From positions 4,530-68,529 of the forward strand of contig CANRIN010000003.1 in the NCBI GenBank assembly GCA_947630675.1: 64,000 nt of DNA, in the 5' to 3' direction. The number at the start of each line of letters is the position of its first letter. Positions within the stretch are counted from its first letter, which is position 1. Positions 8,102 through 18,096 of the stretch are shown here, piece by piece. The notes beneath the pieces were generated by a model. That model saw only the letters and a list, made by a program, of their open reading frames with translations. It made no database searches and was not told the origin of the DNA. A program made the translations under genes and the position numbers. Origin of the DNA: an uncultured Clostridia bacterium (GTDB lineage Bacteria; Bacillota; Clostridia; Oscillospirales; JAAYOS01).

Positions 8102-9283
8102 ATGAGCGTCGCCTATGACATAAACGTCCTGCGGAATATTGTTCTTGAGAGTCAGCACCTCCGCGTGAAGAGCACCGACAGTATAGAAAGTATCGTTTCG
8201 GACATCTGCGGCCTTCAGTACGACCCGAATCCCACCGTTCATCTGAATCAATACATGATGCTGTGGTGCAGAAAGAAGGATTTCTCTGCGGAACAGCTCG
8301 ATATCGCGGCTTACCAGGAATTTACGGTCATCGAAACGTGGGCCTTCAGGCGCAATATGTTCTTTGTGCCGAGGAGCGAATATTCGCTCTACCGGGAAGC
8401 GACAAAGGGCATCGTGAGATGGGGCGAATCCGACGAGGGCTGGCTTGCCGCGGGAGACAGTCCGGAGGTCCGTGCGGCGGAAGACGAGTTGAAGGAGCGC
8501 CTCGCCGCGTTCGGCGGACTTACGGCAAAAGAGATCTGGGATGCTCTGGGTCTGGCTTACGAATGGAACAAATATCGGAGAGAGCACGACCAAAGCTATA
8601 ACCTGCCCGTATTCCGCGCATTTTACAGGCTTGTACGCATAGGCGACCTCCTGACCTGCGGCAGAAGGCCGGGGACGTTCAGGGAGCCGGTCTACATCCT
8701 GAAGGAGAAGCTTGGGTTGCCCGACCCGTCCGGCGATCCTGTCGGCGAAAAACAGGCCGTGCGTCGTATCGTCGAGAAGCTCACGGCTTCGTTCGGCGTG
8801 ACCGACCCGGTCCACATCTCCCACATATCCGGATTCAGGACGGCGGACATAGCGCCGATATTCGAGGAGCTGACGGCCGAGGGTACGCTGTCGCGGCTGC
8901 CATATAAGATCGGCCGGAAGCAGTTCTACGTCCATACCGTAAAGGCGGCGGCCGCCGGCATCGCCGAGGACAGCCGAGAGATCCGCCTCATATCGCCGAT
9001 GGACGTCATCGTGCGGGACAAGGCGTGGCTCGAAGCTCTCTTCGACTACTCCTTCACCTTTGAGTATTTCAAGAAGAAGGGCATGAAGTGGCCGCTCTCC
9101 ATCCTCGCGGGCAACAGATTCGTCGGTTATCTGGACTGCCGGATGGATCGGAAAACCGGAAAGTTCATTGTCAAGGAAAGGAATATATTCGACCCCGCCT
9201 TTTCCGACAAGCAGGGCATCGACGCGGCCATACGAGATCTCGCCGCCTTCCACGGGGCCAAGGAGATCGTTGAAAAGGGGTAA
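8102..9283 (+). CDS. Winged-helix (HTH_42) AlkZ/YcaQ-like DNA glycosylase family protein
   Basis: 393 aa. The N-terminus (...VSDICGLQYDPNPTVHLNQYMMLWCR...) resembles the YcaQ/DUF1006 family and carries a Q-Y-D (Q-phi-D) motif like the YcaQ subgroup. Call is by recall of family features. Confidence 0.55.
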   Translation: MSVAYDINVLRNIVLESQHLRVKSTDSIESIVSDICGLQYDPNPTVHLNQYMMLWCRKKDFSAEQLDIAAYQEFTVIETWAFRRNMFFVPRSEYSLYREATKGIVRWGESDEGWLAAGDSPEVRAAEDELKERLAAFGGLTAKEIWDALGLAYEWNKYRREHDQSYNLPVFRAFYRLVRIGDLLTCGRRPGTFREPVYILKEKLGLPDPSGDPVGEKQAVRRIVEKLTASFGVTDPVHISHISGFRTADIAPIFEELTAEGTLSRLPYKIGRKQFYVHTVKAAAAGIAEDSREIRLISPMDVIVRDKAWLEALFDYSFTFEYFKKKGMKWPLSILAGNRFVGYLDCRMDRKTGKFIVKERNIFDPAFSDKQGIDAAIRDLAAFHGAKEIVEKG

Positions 9284-9356
9284 AACGGCCCTGACTCCGC
9301 CGCATTTGCCTTTAACTCCGGCAAGCGTGGATTTTGGATAGACCTGGAGGCAAAAC

Positions 9357-9794
9357 ATGGTATCATTGAGACACTTTAGCGATTCGGACGCCGCAGTCTT
9401 GTCGGAGCTCATGGGCATTGGCATATCCGAGGCCGCGGAGATGATCCGCGACTGGAACAGCCTCGAGTTTCATGGCAGTTATTTTGAAATGTTCGCCATA
9501 ACGAGCGGAGGCATCGTCGGCACCGTCTCTCTTTATCGGCTTTCGGACAGCGTCGTTTCGATGGGCCCCGAGGTCTTCCCGGTATTTCGGAGGCAGGGAT
9601 TTGCGAAGGAAGCCATGCTCCTTGCCATGGAGGCCGCCAAACGCAAAGGTTTTAAAATCGTGTCTCAGCAGATAAAGAGCGACAACGCCGCGAGCATTGC
9701 CCTGCACAAAAGTCTGGGCTTCGAGACCGACGGCTACGGTTACACAAACAAAAAGGGCAAGGAAGTTCTCATCTTCCTGAAGTCCCTGCTGTGA
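9357..9794 (+). CDS. GNAT family N-acetyltransferase
   Basis: 145 aa with a GNAT motif A region (RRQGFAKEAMLLAMEAAKRKGF) and GGAGG 8 nt upstream of the ATG. Confidence 0.8.
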   Translation: MVSLRHFSDSDAAVLSELMGIGISEAAEMIRDWNSLEFHGSYFEMFAITSGGIVGTVSLYRLSDSVVSMGPEVFPVFRRQGFAKEAMLLAMEAAKRKGFKIVSQQIKSDNAASIALHKSLGFETDGYGYTNKKGKEVLIFLKSLL

Positions 9795-9841
9795 CGTGTC
9801 TCACCGCAGGACCCCTACATTCCCTACCCTCAAAAGCACCA

Positions 9842-9882
9842 AAAGGACGATACGGCTCCGCCGTATCGTCCTTTTATCTTTT
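9842..9882. terminator. Intrinsic terminator hairpin (bidirectional form)
   Basis: aaaggacgatacgg-ctcc-gccgtatcgtccttt followed by tatctttt on + and ttttgg on -. Confidence 0.65.
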
Positions 9883-9884
9883 AT

Positions 9885-10151
9885 CAGTCTCGCAGAGTTT
9901 CGCGCCTTTGGCGCGAAATAAAGTCAAATTTGTTTTTTCCGACGGCGTGTACGTCGGAAAAAACTCTTTGCGCGGAGCGTGCGTCGAAGACGGCAACGCC
10001 GTCGAGGCGCGAAGCGGAGCGCACGCTGTCGGTAGGGCTTCGCCCTATCCGACAGCTTCACTTGAAATTGCGCAGGCGCAATTTCAAGTGAAAGTCTCGG
10101 CGCGAAAGGGTGCGCAGGGCAATTTATTGCCCGAGCACATTTCGCGCCGAC
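9885..10151 (+). repeat. Mosaic multi-hairpin repeat, type-I copy
   Basis: Same H1-H6 order as 598-871. H5, H6 and the tail are almost identical; H2, H3 and H4 stems are replaced by different but still self-complementary sequences. It ends 4 nt from the stop codon at 10156-10158. Confidence 0.9.
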
Positions 10152-10155
10152 TTCT

Positions 10156-11514
10156 CTAGTTCCTCTGGCTGTGTATCGGCGCGGGGATGCGTCCCCCGCG
10201 CGCGACGAAGCGCTCGCTCGAGCCGCTGTGGACCGGCATCACCGGCGCGCTGCCGAAGAGCCCGCCGTAGCTCACCTCGTCCCCGACTGTCTTACCGGCG
10301 GCAGGTATTATGCGCACGGCGGTGGTTTTGTTGTTTATGACGCCTATCGAGATCTCGTCCGCTATGATGGCGGATATCGTCGACGCCGGAGTGTCCCCGG
10401 GCACGGCGAACATATCGAGGCCGACCGAGCAGACGGCGGTCATCGCTTCAAGCTTGTCGAGCGTGAGCGCGCCCGAGCGGGCAGCGGTTATCATCCCCGC
10501 GTCCTCGCTCACCGGGATGAACGCCCCGCTGAGACCGCCGACGTGGTTCGAGGCCATGACGCCGCCCTTCTTCACCGCGTCATTGAGGAGCGCGAGCGCC
10601 GCCGTCGTGCCGTGCGTGCCGACCGTCTCGAGACCCATCGACTCGAGAACGTCCGCGACGCTGTCGCCCACCGCCGGCGTCGGCGCGAGCGAGAGGTCGA
10701 CTATGCCGAACTCCGCGCCGAGACGTCTGCTCGCCTCCGCCGCGACGAGCTGCCCCATGCGGGTTATCTTGAATGCGGTGCGCTTTATCGTCTCGGCAAG
10801 CTCGGTAAACGAGCAGTCGCCCGCGCGCTTCACCGCCGCCGCGACGACGCCCGGCCCGCTGACGCCGACGTTTATCGCGCACTCCGCCTCGCCCACGCCG
10901 TGGAACGCGCCCGCCATGAACGGGTTGTCCTCCGGGGCGTTGGCAAACACCACTATCTTCGAGCAGGCGACGCTCTCGCGGTCGGCCGTGAGCTCGCTTG
11001 CGCGCTTTATTATCTCGCCGCAGAGCGCCACGGCGTCCATGTTTATCCCGGCTCGCGTCGTCGCGACGTTTATCGAGGCGCAGACGCAGTCGGTCTCGGT
11101 AAGCGCCTCCGGTATCGAACGTATCAGCCGTCGGTCGCCCTTCGTGAAGCCCTTATGTACGAGCGCCGAGTAGCCGCCGACGTAGTTTACGCCGATGGTC
11201 TTCGCCGCGCGCTCGAGCGTGTGCGCGAACGCGCCGACGTAGTCGGTCTCGACCGCGTCGCATAGCAGTGACACCGGCGTCACCGAAATGCGCTTGTTGA
11301 CTATCGGGATGCCGTACTCCCGCTCGATGCTCTCCGCCGTCGGGACGAGCCGTTCGGCGGAGCGGCAAATCTTGTCGTATATCCTCTGCGTCGCGCGGAC
11401 GATGCTGTCCGATATGCAGTCGCGCAGGGAGATGCCCATGGTCACGGTGCGGATGTCGAGGTGTTCCTCCTCGATCATCTTTATCGTCTCAAGAATATCA
11501 AACGTATTAAGCAT
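10156..11514 (-). CDS. UPF0210 (DUF711, PFL-like) family protein
   Basis: 452 aa; [33 protein letters not shown]... is the characteristic UPF0210 N-terminus. It is paired with the upstream small ACT protein as in other Firmicutes. Confidence 0.8.
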   Translation of the reverse strand: MLNTFDILETIKMIEEEHLDIRTVTMGISLRDCISDSIVRATQRIYDKICRSAERLVPTAESIEREYGIPIVNKRISVTPVSLLCDAVETDYVGAFAHTLERAAKTIGVNYVGGYSALVHKGFTKGDRRLIRSIPEALTETDCVCASINVATTRAGINMDAVALCGEIIKRASELTADRESVACSKIVVFANAPEDNPFMAGAFHGVGEAECAINVGVSGPGVVAAAVKRAGDCSFTELAETIKRTAFKITRMGQLVAAEASRRLGAEFGIVDLSLAPTPAVGDSVADVLESMGLETVGTHGTTAALALLNDAVKKGGVMASNHVGGLSGAFIPVSEDAGMITAARSGALTLDKLEAMTAVCSVGLDMFAVPGDTPASTISAIIADEISIGVINNKTTAVRIIPAAGKTVGDEVSYGGLFGSAPVMPVHSGSSERFVARGGRIPAPIHSQRN

Positions 11515-11544
11515 TATCTGTTCTCCAAGCCGCGCAGGTCCGCG

Positions 11545-11814
11545 TTATATCTTGTGCATCGAGGTGAAAATGTCCTCGTGCATGACGTGTATCTTCACCC
11601 CAAGCTCCTCGCCGCGCCGCTCGAGCATACGGGCAAGCTCGTCAAACGTGACGTCGCAGCCGGAGAAGTCGACGAGCATGACCATCGCGAAGAGCTCCTG
11701 AAGGATGCTCTGCGAGATGTCCATGACGTTCACGCCGTGCTTTGACAGGAGGCCGGTGACCTCCGCTATGATGCCGACGGTGTCCTTACCGACGACGGTT
11801 ATGACTGCGCGCAT
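11545..11814 (-). CDS. ACT domain-containing protein (UPF0237)
   Basis: MRAVITVVGKDTVGIIAEVTGLLSKHGVNVMDISQ... The start is chosen at ATG 11814 (GAGGG 6 nt upstream) rather than the track start at 11826. Confidence 0.8.
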   Translation of the reverse strand: MRAVITVVGKDTVGIIAEVTGLLSKHGVNVMDISQSILQELFAMVMLVDFSGCDVTFDELARMLERRGEELGVKIHVMHEDIFTSMHKI

Positions 11815-11942
11815 ATTTTCCCTCATCTCCCGGCGCCGTTCGTGCGCCGAATTTGATTTCGCGGCGGCAGGCCGCCCTCATCATTGTAACCCATCGCGGC
11901 GGATTTCGCAACAGAAAGTTCTCGCCCTCGCGCGGAGATCGG

Positions 11943-11971
11943 TTGACAAACTTCCGGCTATGTGGTATTAT
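11943..11971 (+). promoter_or_regulatory. Sigma-A-type promoter for the S51 peptidase gene
   Basis: TTGACA (11943-11948), 17-nt spacer ending in TGG, TATTAT (11966-11971). Confidence 0.55.
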
Positions 11972-12042
11972 CTTATCCACTTACCCGAAAAGCGCCGCAT
12001 CGAGCGGCGCCGCGTCGGAATAATAGGAAGGAGGACGTCTGC

Positions 12043-12708
12043 ATGGCGGTCTATGTTCAAACCAGCATGTTCAACCACTCTTTGATACCTCCGGCGATAG
12101 CCGGGGTGCTCCGCGCCGCCGCCGCAGATGCGCGGTCGCGGTCGGGCAAGCTCGAGCTTGCGTTTGTTGCAAGCGAGTTTGAGCAGAGTCCCGAGCGGAC
12201 CGACCGTTACTTCGACCTCTTCCGCTCGATGCTCGAGGATACGGGGCTGCGCTTCGACCGTGCCCGCGTCGTCGACGGACGTATGAGCCCCTCCGAGGCG
12301 CAGGACGCCGTCCGCTCCGCCGAGGTCGTGTGGCTCAGCGGAGGTTGGACGCCCACCCAATGGGGCTACTTTGAGAAGTACGGCCTTGTGGAACCTCTGA
12401 AGGCTCACACCGGCCTCATGATAGGCATGAGCGCCGGTTCGATAAACATGGCGGAGACTGCGGCCTCCACCGAGACGCTTGACGGAAGCACGTCCCTTCT
12501 CGTCTACCCCGCTCTCGGGCTCGTCTCCACGACGGTCGAGCCGCATTTCGACCCGGAGAACATCGCGCCGGGGCTTCTGGAGTTCTCGCGCGGGCACGTC
12601 CTCTACGGGCTCTGCGACGAGGCCGCCATCGTCTGCAAGGACGGCGAGGTCATGTTCTTCGGCGACGTCTACTGCGTCGAAAACGGCGTCTGCACGAAGA
12701 TTTCGTAA
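12043..12708 (+). CDS. Peptidase S51 (dipeptidase E-like) family protein
   Basis: ATG 12043 is preceded by GGAAGGAGG. It has a GMSAGS nucleophile-elbow motif and an overall PepE-like layout. The track start at 11962 is judged upstream read-through. Confidence 0.65.
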   Translation: MAVYVQTSMFNHSLIPPAIAGVLRAAAADARSRSGKLELAFVASEFEQSPERTDRYFDLFRSMLEDTGLRFDRARVVDGRMSPSEAQDAVRSAEVVWLSGGWTPTQWGYFEKYGLVEPLKAHTGLMIGMSAGSINMAETAASTETLDGSTSLLVYPALGLVSTTVEPHFDPENIAPGLLEFSRGHVLYGLCDEAAIVCKDGEVMFFGDVYCVENGVCTKIS

Positions 12709-12740
12709 GCTTGCAGTAACTTCGCACCTTGGAGGCAGAT

Positions 12741-13274
12741 ATGGAGCTCTGGGACCTCTATGACAGCGAGCGGCGCCCGCTCGGGAAAACCGCAGTGCGC
12801 GGGGAACCTATCCCCGAGGGCGCGCGGCATATTGTAGTAAACATCTGCGTCTTCAACACGCGCGGCGAGATACTGATACAGCGCCGCCATCCCGAAAAGA
12901 TCGGCTTCCCGCACTTCTGGGACCTCTCGGCGGGCGGAAGCGCCCTCGCGGGAGAGACCTCTGCGGAAGCCGCCGAGCGTGAGCTTTTCGAGGAGCTGGG
13001 GCTTCGCGCGAGCTTCTCGGGGCGGGCTCCGGTCCTCACGATGACAAGCGCCGACTGCTTTTACGACATATTCTTTGCCGATATCGACGTCGAACCGGGT
13101 GAGCTTATTCTTCAGGCCGAGGAGGTCGTCGACGCGAGGTGGGCGGCGCTTCCAGAAATACTTTCCATGACAGACCGCGGTGAATTCATCCCTTACCGCA
13201 GGCCGCTTCTCGAGCTGCTTTTTGAGGCGCACCGCAGCAGCGGCGGCGTCCGCTTCTCCGGTGAGGGGCTGTGA
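12741..13274 (+). CDS. NUDIX hydrolase
   Basis: Nudix box GGSALAGETSAEAAERELFEELGL. GGAGG lies 5 nt upstream of ATG 12741. Confidence 0.85.
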   Translation: MELWDLYDSERRPLGKTAVRGEPIPEGARHIVVNICVFNTRGEILIQRRHPEKIGFPHFWDLSAGGSALAGETSAEAAERELFEELGLRASFSGRAPVLTMTSADCFYDIFFADIDVEPGELILQAEEVVDARWAALPEILSMTDRGEFIPYRRPLLELLFEAHRSSGGVRFSGEGL

Positions 13275-13308
13275 ACGGCGCACAATGGATCAAAGATCGG
13301 AGTACGGA

Positions 13309-13857
13309 ATGAAAACACTCATATTCAACGGTTCTCCGCACGGTGACGGGGATACAATGGCGCTCGTGAAAAAGGCCGTCGAGGGTCTTCAGGGCGAGCA
13401 CCGCATCGTCGACACTTACGACGGCGGCATCTCGCCCTGTGTCGACTGCCGGTACTGCAAGACCCACGACGGCTGCGCCATAGACGACGGGATGCAGGAA
13501 GTCTATGAGTATATCGAGGCGTGCGACAACATCCTCATCGCCTCCCCGATATACTTCTCCGAGCTCACCGGGCGGCTGCTCGACGTCGGGAGCAGGCTCC
13601 AGCGCTACTTTTGCGCGCGCTTCTTCCGCCATGAGACGCCGATACCGAAGCCCAAGAGGGGCGCGGTCATACTTGTAGGCGGCGGGGACGGGAGCGCGGA
13701 GAAGGCGTTCTCCACCGCACGCACGCTCCTGCATCAGATGAACTGCCGCGACATCCACCCTCTCGTGCTCAGTCACAACACCGACAAGGTTCCGGCGAGC
13801 GAGGACGCCGAGGCGCTGCGCGGCGCGGAAAGCGTCGCGCGATTCTTCAACCGATAA
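13309..13857 (+). CDS. Flavodoxin-like fold NAD(P)H-dependent FMN reductase / iron-sulfur flavoprotein
   Basis: MKTLIFNGSPHGDGDTMALV... (NADPH-dependent FMN reductase N-terminus) plus a compact Cys cluster CVDCRYCKTHDGC typical of Isf-type proteins. ATG 13285 is an alternative start. Confidence 0.7.
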   Translation: MKTLIFNGSPHGDGDTMALVKKAVEGLQGEHRIVDTYDGGISPCVDCRYCKTHDGCAIDDGMQEVYEYIEACDNILIASPIYFSELTGRLLDVGSRLQRYFCARFFRHETPIPKPKRGAVILVGGGDGSAEKAFSTARTLLHQMNCRDIHPLVLSHNTDKVPASEDAEALRGAESVARFFNR

Positions 13858-13870
13858 CGCAAAGACAAGC

Positions 13871-13907
13871 AAAATCGGAGCTTCGCAAAATGCGAAGCTC
13901 CGATTTT
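13871..13907. terminator. Bidirectional intrinsic terminator
   Basis: aaaatcggagcttcgc-aaaat-gcgaagctccgatttt, between convergent genes. Confidence 0.75.
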
Positions 13908-13918
13908 CTTCATACACT

Positions 13919-15184
13919 TCAGCGGCGGTCGGCGGATGCAAGCGCGGACTTCTTCTCCGCGCGTGCGGAGAGGATGTAGAGCGGTATCGCCGCGAGCTGC
14001 GCCGCGACAGACACCGCCACCATCGCGGGGATGCTTATGTCGTACAGCACGCCGAGCAGCCAGCTCCCGAGGAACCAGAACGCCCCGAACGAGCACTCAA
14101 AGATGCCGTACCCGGTGGCGCGGGAGTCCTTCGGCACCATGCGCGTGACGGCGGCCTTGAGTATCGACTCCTGCGCGCCCATCCCGACGCCCCAGAGGGC
14201 TATGCCGACAAGCACCGTCGGTGCCGAGTGCACCGCGAACACGAGCACCGCGAACGGCGCTGATATAACCGTCGAGAGCACCAGTGCCTTTGCTCCCTTC
14301 CTGTCGTAGAGCATTCCGAAGAACAGCGCCGCGACAGCGTCCACGAGCATCGCACCGGCGTAGAGCAGCGGCAGATTCCCGCTCGAGACGAGCGACCCGG
14401 TCTCCGCCAGCCCTTCCGCGAGTCCGGCGTAGGTGTTCGAGACGTGCATTATGATTATCGAATAGTCGATGAATCCGAACGCGAACAGGCTTATCCCCGC
14501 TATGTAGAGGACAAATTCCTTCTTCATTTTGAACGGGATGTACTCCTTCGGCGTCGGCTCGAAGTTCTCGGGGTTCGGGAACCTGCGGCGCGTGACGAGG
14601 AGCAGAATGAGCGTTATCGCGCCGGGTATCGCAAGCACCGCAAAGCAGGTCGAGTACACCGTAAACGTCGTCCCGTCGGTCTTGAAGAGCATGACGAGGT
14701 AGAGCAGCACCGGGCCGAGGAACGCGCCTATCTGATCGAGCGCCTCCTGTATGCCGAAGCTCTTTCCGACGCCCTCCTGCGACGCGGCAAACGACATTAT
14801 CGTGTCCTTTGCGGGTTTCTTTATCGCCTTGCCCATCCGCTGTATGACGAGCAGCAGACACGCGAAAATCCATCCGTGCTCCCCCACGAGCGCGAGCGCC
14901 GGGACCGCGAGGACATCCAGCACATAGCCCGCTATCGTCATCGTCCAGTAGCGCTTCGTCCTGTCGGTGAGCTTTCCGAAAACGTAGCGCATCGAGTAGC
15001 CTATGAGCTCGCCCAGTCCGGATATGAAGCCTATCGTTCCCGCCGACGCGCCGAGGAGCGACATATACGCCCCGCGTATGCTCGACGCGCCCTCGTGCGT
15101 CATATCCGAAAACAGACTCACTATCCCGAAAAGAAGTATGAATATCATCGCCTGGGACAGGCGCTTCCCTTTTTTCCCGCTCAT
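13919..15184 (-). CDS. MFS transporter
   Basis: ~12 TM segments. The start is chosen at MSGKKGKRLSQAM (ATG 15184), overlapping the marR stop by 4 nt. Confidence 0.8.
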   Translation of the reverse strand: MSGKKGKRLSQAMIFILLFGIVSLFSDMTHEGASSIRGAYMSLLGASAGTIGFISGLGELIGYSMRYVFGKLTDRTKRYWTMTIAGYVLDVLAVPALALVGEHGWIFACLLLVIQRMGKAIKKPAKDTIMSFAASQEGVGKSFGIQEALDQIGAFLGPVLLYLVMLFKTDGTTFTVYSTCFAVLAIPGAITLILLLVTRRRFPNPENFEPTPKEYIPFKMKKEFVLYIAGISLFAFGFIDYSIIIMHVSNTYAGLAEGLAETGSLVSSGNLPLLYAGAMLVDAVAALFFGMLYDRKGAKALVLSTVISAPFAVLVFAVHSAPTVLVGIALWGVGMGAQESILKAAVTRMVPKDSRATGYGIFECSFGAFWFLGSWLLGVLYDISIPAMVAVSVAAQLAAIPLYILSARAEKKSALASADRR

Positions 15185-15684
15185 TCCGTTTCTCCTTTCT
15201 TCAGCCGCTCCGCAACCTCCGTGAAGCCGCCGCGGCTCTCCTCCTTGCACCGCCGGTACAGCGTGTCGAGCAGGTGCGTGAACTGCTCCCGCTCGCTCTC
15301 GTCCAGTCCCTCAAGGAGCCACGAATAGAACTCAGCCTCGATGTGCGCCTTCGAGGTCTTTAGCCGTTCCGCCGCCTCGGTGGGATAGAGCCGGTGGCTC
15401 CGCCCGTCGGACGGGTCGTCGCGCCGGGTGACATATCCCTTCGCCTCGAGGCTGCGCGTCTGCCGCGCGACAAGCCCCTTGTCTATGCCGAGCTCCCGGC
15501 ATATCTCCGCCTGTGTGATGCCGGGGGACTTCCGGACGGCGTGCAGCACGTCGAGCTCGCCGGAGCCTATCCCGTCCGCGCGGAGCGTCCTCACGGTGAA
15601 CTTCTCGACCTCGCGCGCAATCTTCGTTATCTCGCGGTATGTGATGTCCAAACGACTGTCTCCTTTCAATCGTTGACTTGTCAA
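15181..15684 (-). CDS. MarR family transcriptional regulator
   Basis: 167 aa with a winged-HTH core (GITQAEICRELGIDKGLVARQTRSLEAKGYVTRRDDPSDGRSHRLYPT). Confidence 0.85.
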   Translation of the reverse strand: MTSQRLKGDSRLDITYREITKIAREVEKFTVRTLRADGIGSGELDVLHAVRKSPGITQAEICRELGIDKGLVARQTRSLEAKGYVTRRDDPSDGRSHRLYPTEAAERLKTSKAHIEAEFYSWLLEGLDESEREQFTHLLDTLYRRCKEESRGGFTEVAERLKKGETE

Positions 15685-15747
15685 CTATCAGGATAGATGA
15701 TACATCAACTATTTCCGTTTGTCAATGTTTTTGTAGAAATCGGTGCA

Positions 15748-15776
15748 CAAAAAAGGAAGGCACTCTGTACCTTCCC
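15748..15776 (-). terminator. Intrinsic terminator after the acetyltransferase gene
   Basis: The minus strand reads ggaagg-tacagagtg-ccttcc followed by ttttttgtg. Confidence 0.5.
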
Positions 15777-15794
15777 GGTTTTCGAAACGCGGCG

Positions 15795-16370
15795 TCATCT
15801 GCCCGCGCCCTGCTGCTCAATGTACTTCTTCACGACGGCGGGGACTCCGGCGGCGAGGCAGTTATCCGGCAGGTCGCGCGTGACGACGCTCCCCGCCGCG
15901 ATGACGCATCCGCTTCCTATCGTCACGCCCTGGAGGACGGACACGTTCGCGCCGAACCAGCAGTTGTCGCCTATTCGTATCGGCAGAGCCCGCTCCAGTC
16001 CCTTGTTTCTCGTCGCGTAGTCCATCGGATGGCTCGCGGTGTAGAAGCCGCAGAACGGTCCGATGAAGACGTTCTTCCCTATCTCGATGATGTTGCCGTC
16101 CATGAAGTAGCAGCCGTGGTTGACGAAGGTCCCCTCGCCGAACCGTGTGTGCGTGCCGTAGTCAAAGTAGACCGGCGCGAGGACGGTGAGCCCATCCGGT
16201 ATGTCAGTACCGAGCAGTGCCTTCAGCGCGGAAAGCTGCTCCGCGCTCCCCGGCCTCGACGCGTTGAAGTCGAAGCAGAGTAATTCGGCCTTCGCGCGTT
16301 CCGCGAGAAGGCCCGCGTCAAAGTTTGCGTCGTGCCACTCGCCCGCAAGCATCTTTTCCTTTTCGGTCAT
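15795..16370 (-). CDS. Sugar (maltose/galactoside) O-acetyltransferase, hexapeptide-repeat family
   Basis: 191 aa with an N-terminal Mac domain (MTEKEKMLAGEWHDANFD...) and left-handed beta-helix hexapeptide repeats (IGDNCWFGANVSVLQGVTIGSGCVIAAGSVV). Confidence 0.85.
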   Translation of the reverse strand: MTEKEKMLAGEWHDANFDAGLLAERAKAELLCFDFNASRPGSAEQLSALKALLGTDIPDGLTVLAPVYFDYGTHTRFGEGTFVNHGCYFMDGNIIEIGKNVFIGPFCGFYTASHPMDYATRNKGLERALPIRIGDNCWFGANVSVLQGVTIGSGCVIAAGSVVTRDLPDNCLAAGVPAVVKKYIEQQGAGR

Positions 16371-16415
16371 ATAATCACGCTCCGAATGTCATATTTGTGT
16401 GCCAAAATCGCGCCG

Positions 16416-17771
16416 TCACTCCGCGCCGTCGTGCGGGTACTTGTGGATGTTCCGATAGTAGGCGGGGATAAGTATGCACACCGCGCCCGCCCATGCGACG
16501 ACCTCCGCAAAGTATATGCCGGTCTCGCCGAGGGCGAGCGGGAGGAAGAGCGCCACCGAGACGCGCATCGCGAGCTCCGCCATGCCGCTCAGCATCGGCA
16601 TGAACGTGTCCCCCATGCCCTGATTTGCCGAGCGGTAGATGTGGAGCATGTAGAGTATCGGCAGCCCCACCGCCATGAAGCGGAGGTATGTATTTCCTAC
16701 GCGTATCGCCTCGCGCACGACCTCCGGGTCCGGGTCGGAGACGAACAGACCTATGAGCTTCGAGCCGAAGAGGAACATCGCCGCGCCGATGAAGACCGCC
16801 ACGCCGAAGCCTATCCGCGCCGCCGTGCGCAGGCCGCGCCGTATCCTGTCGTACTTCCCCGCGCCGAGGTTCTGCCCGGAGTAGGTCGCCATCGAGTAGC
16901 CGAAGCTCGTCGCGGCGAGCTCGAGCAGCCCGTAGAGCTTGTTCGTCGCGGTGAAGCCGGCGACAAAGACGTAGCCGAAGCCGTTGACGACGTACTGCAC
17001 GGCAAGCCCGCCCGCGCCGATTATGCCGTTCTGGAACGCCATCGGCGAGCCGAGGCGCATTATCTCGCGCACGACCGGCTTCGAGAACCGCCAGTCCTCC
17101 TTCTTCATCGCGAGCGTAGGCACACGGAAGACGCAGACGGCGCAGTATACGCAGCTGAACACTTGCCCTAATACCGTCGCTATCCCCGCACCGAGTATCC
17201 CCCAGTGGAACACCGGCACGAAGAGCAGGTCGAGCACCACGTTCATGACGCTCGCTATTATCATCGCGATGAGCGGGTTGCGGCTGTCTCCGAGGGCACG
17301 GAGTATCGAACTCATGACGTTGTAGCCCGCCATGACGATTATCCCGCCGAACATAACCGAGAGGTACTGCACCGCGCCCGCAAAGCTCTCCTCCGGCGTC
17401 TTCAGCAGGCGGAGCACGGGACGCATCGCGGCGAGGCTCACAGCGGTGACGACGGCGGAGATGATAATGGTCATGATTATCGACTGCGTCACAGACTTCC
17501 GCAGCCCCTCGCCGTCCTCCGCGCCGAAGCGCTGCGCCGTGAGTATCGTGAATCCCTGCGTGAAGCCCATCATCATGCCGAGGACGAGCCAGTTTAGCCA
17601 GTCCGCCGCGCCGACGGAAGCCAGCGCCTCGAGACCGATGCACTTGCCGACGACCGCCGCGTCCACCATAGTATACAGCTGCTGACAGATGCTCCCGAGC
17701 ATCAGCGGGACGGCAAAGCCCGTGAGGAGCCGCGCCGGGCTCCCGGATGTCATATCGCGCGTGTGTGCCAT
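16416..17771 (-). CDS. MATE family efflux transporter
   Basis: The start is chosen at MAHTRDMTSGSPARLLTGFAVPLMLGS (ATG 17771, GGAGG upstream). The 85 codons upstream in the track ORF are not MATE-like. Confidence 0.85.
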   Translation of the reverse strand: MAHTRDMTSGSPARLLTGFAVPLMLGSICQQLYTMVDAAVVGKCIGLEALASVGAADWLNWLVLGMMMGFTQGFTILTAQRFGAEDGEGLRKSVTQSIIMTIIISAVVTAVSLAAMRPVLRLLKTPEESFAGAVQYLSVMFGGIIVMAGYNVMSSILRALGDSRNPLIAMIIASVMNVVLDLLFVPVFHWGILGAGIATVLGQVFSCVYCAVCVFRVPTLAMKKEDWRFSKPVVREIMRLGSPMAFQNGIIGAGGLAVQYVVNGFGYVFVAGFTATNKLYGLLELAATSFGYSMATYSGQNLGAGKYDRIRRGLRTAARIGFGVAVFIGAAMFLFGSKLIGLFVSDPDPEVVREAIRVGNTYLRFMAVGLPILYMLHIYRSANQGMGDTFMPMLSGMAELAMRVSVALFLPLALGETGIYFAEVVAWAGAVCILIPAYYRNIHKYPHDGAE

Positions 17772-17808
17772 ATAGTCCTCCGAAAAATAGGTGTTTCTGC
17801 CACAGGTC

Positions 17809-17837
17809 AATATAGCACATATCGGCGCTTCGGTCAA
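17809..17837 (-). promoter_or_regulatory. Sigma-A-type promoter for the second MATE gene
   Basis: The minus strand reads TTGACC (17837-17832), 17-nt spacer, TATATT (17814-17809). Confidence 0.5.
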
Positions 17838-18096
17838 TAACGCTGTGATATAAAAATGAACCGTCCGTATAGGCGCGAGGGCGGTATCTCGCGGAGCTTG
17901 CCTGCCGCCGGCGGGGACGAGCGGGAGTGCTCCGCAAAGCAGTCGAAGTGTTTTCCGCTCGATACGGGTGGAAATTTCGTAGAAAATTCCATTTACCGCC
18001 TTGACGAACGGTAGCTTTCTTCGCATTTGAATGGTATAATGCTAATCGTAGGGCGGGCGACTGTTCGACAAATCAGGATTTGTGGAGGGAGTCATA

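Noticed and set aside
16375-17937. 520-aa Arg-rich ORF overlapping the second MATE gene in another frame of the same strand
   Set aside because: The composition is extreme (poly-Arg/Gly/Asp) with no domain features. The overlapping frame encodes a clean 12-TM MATE transporter.
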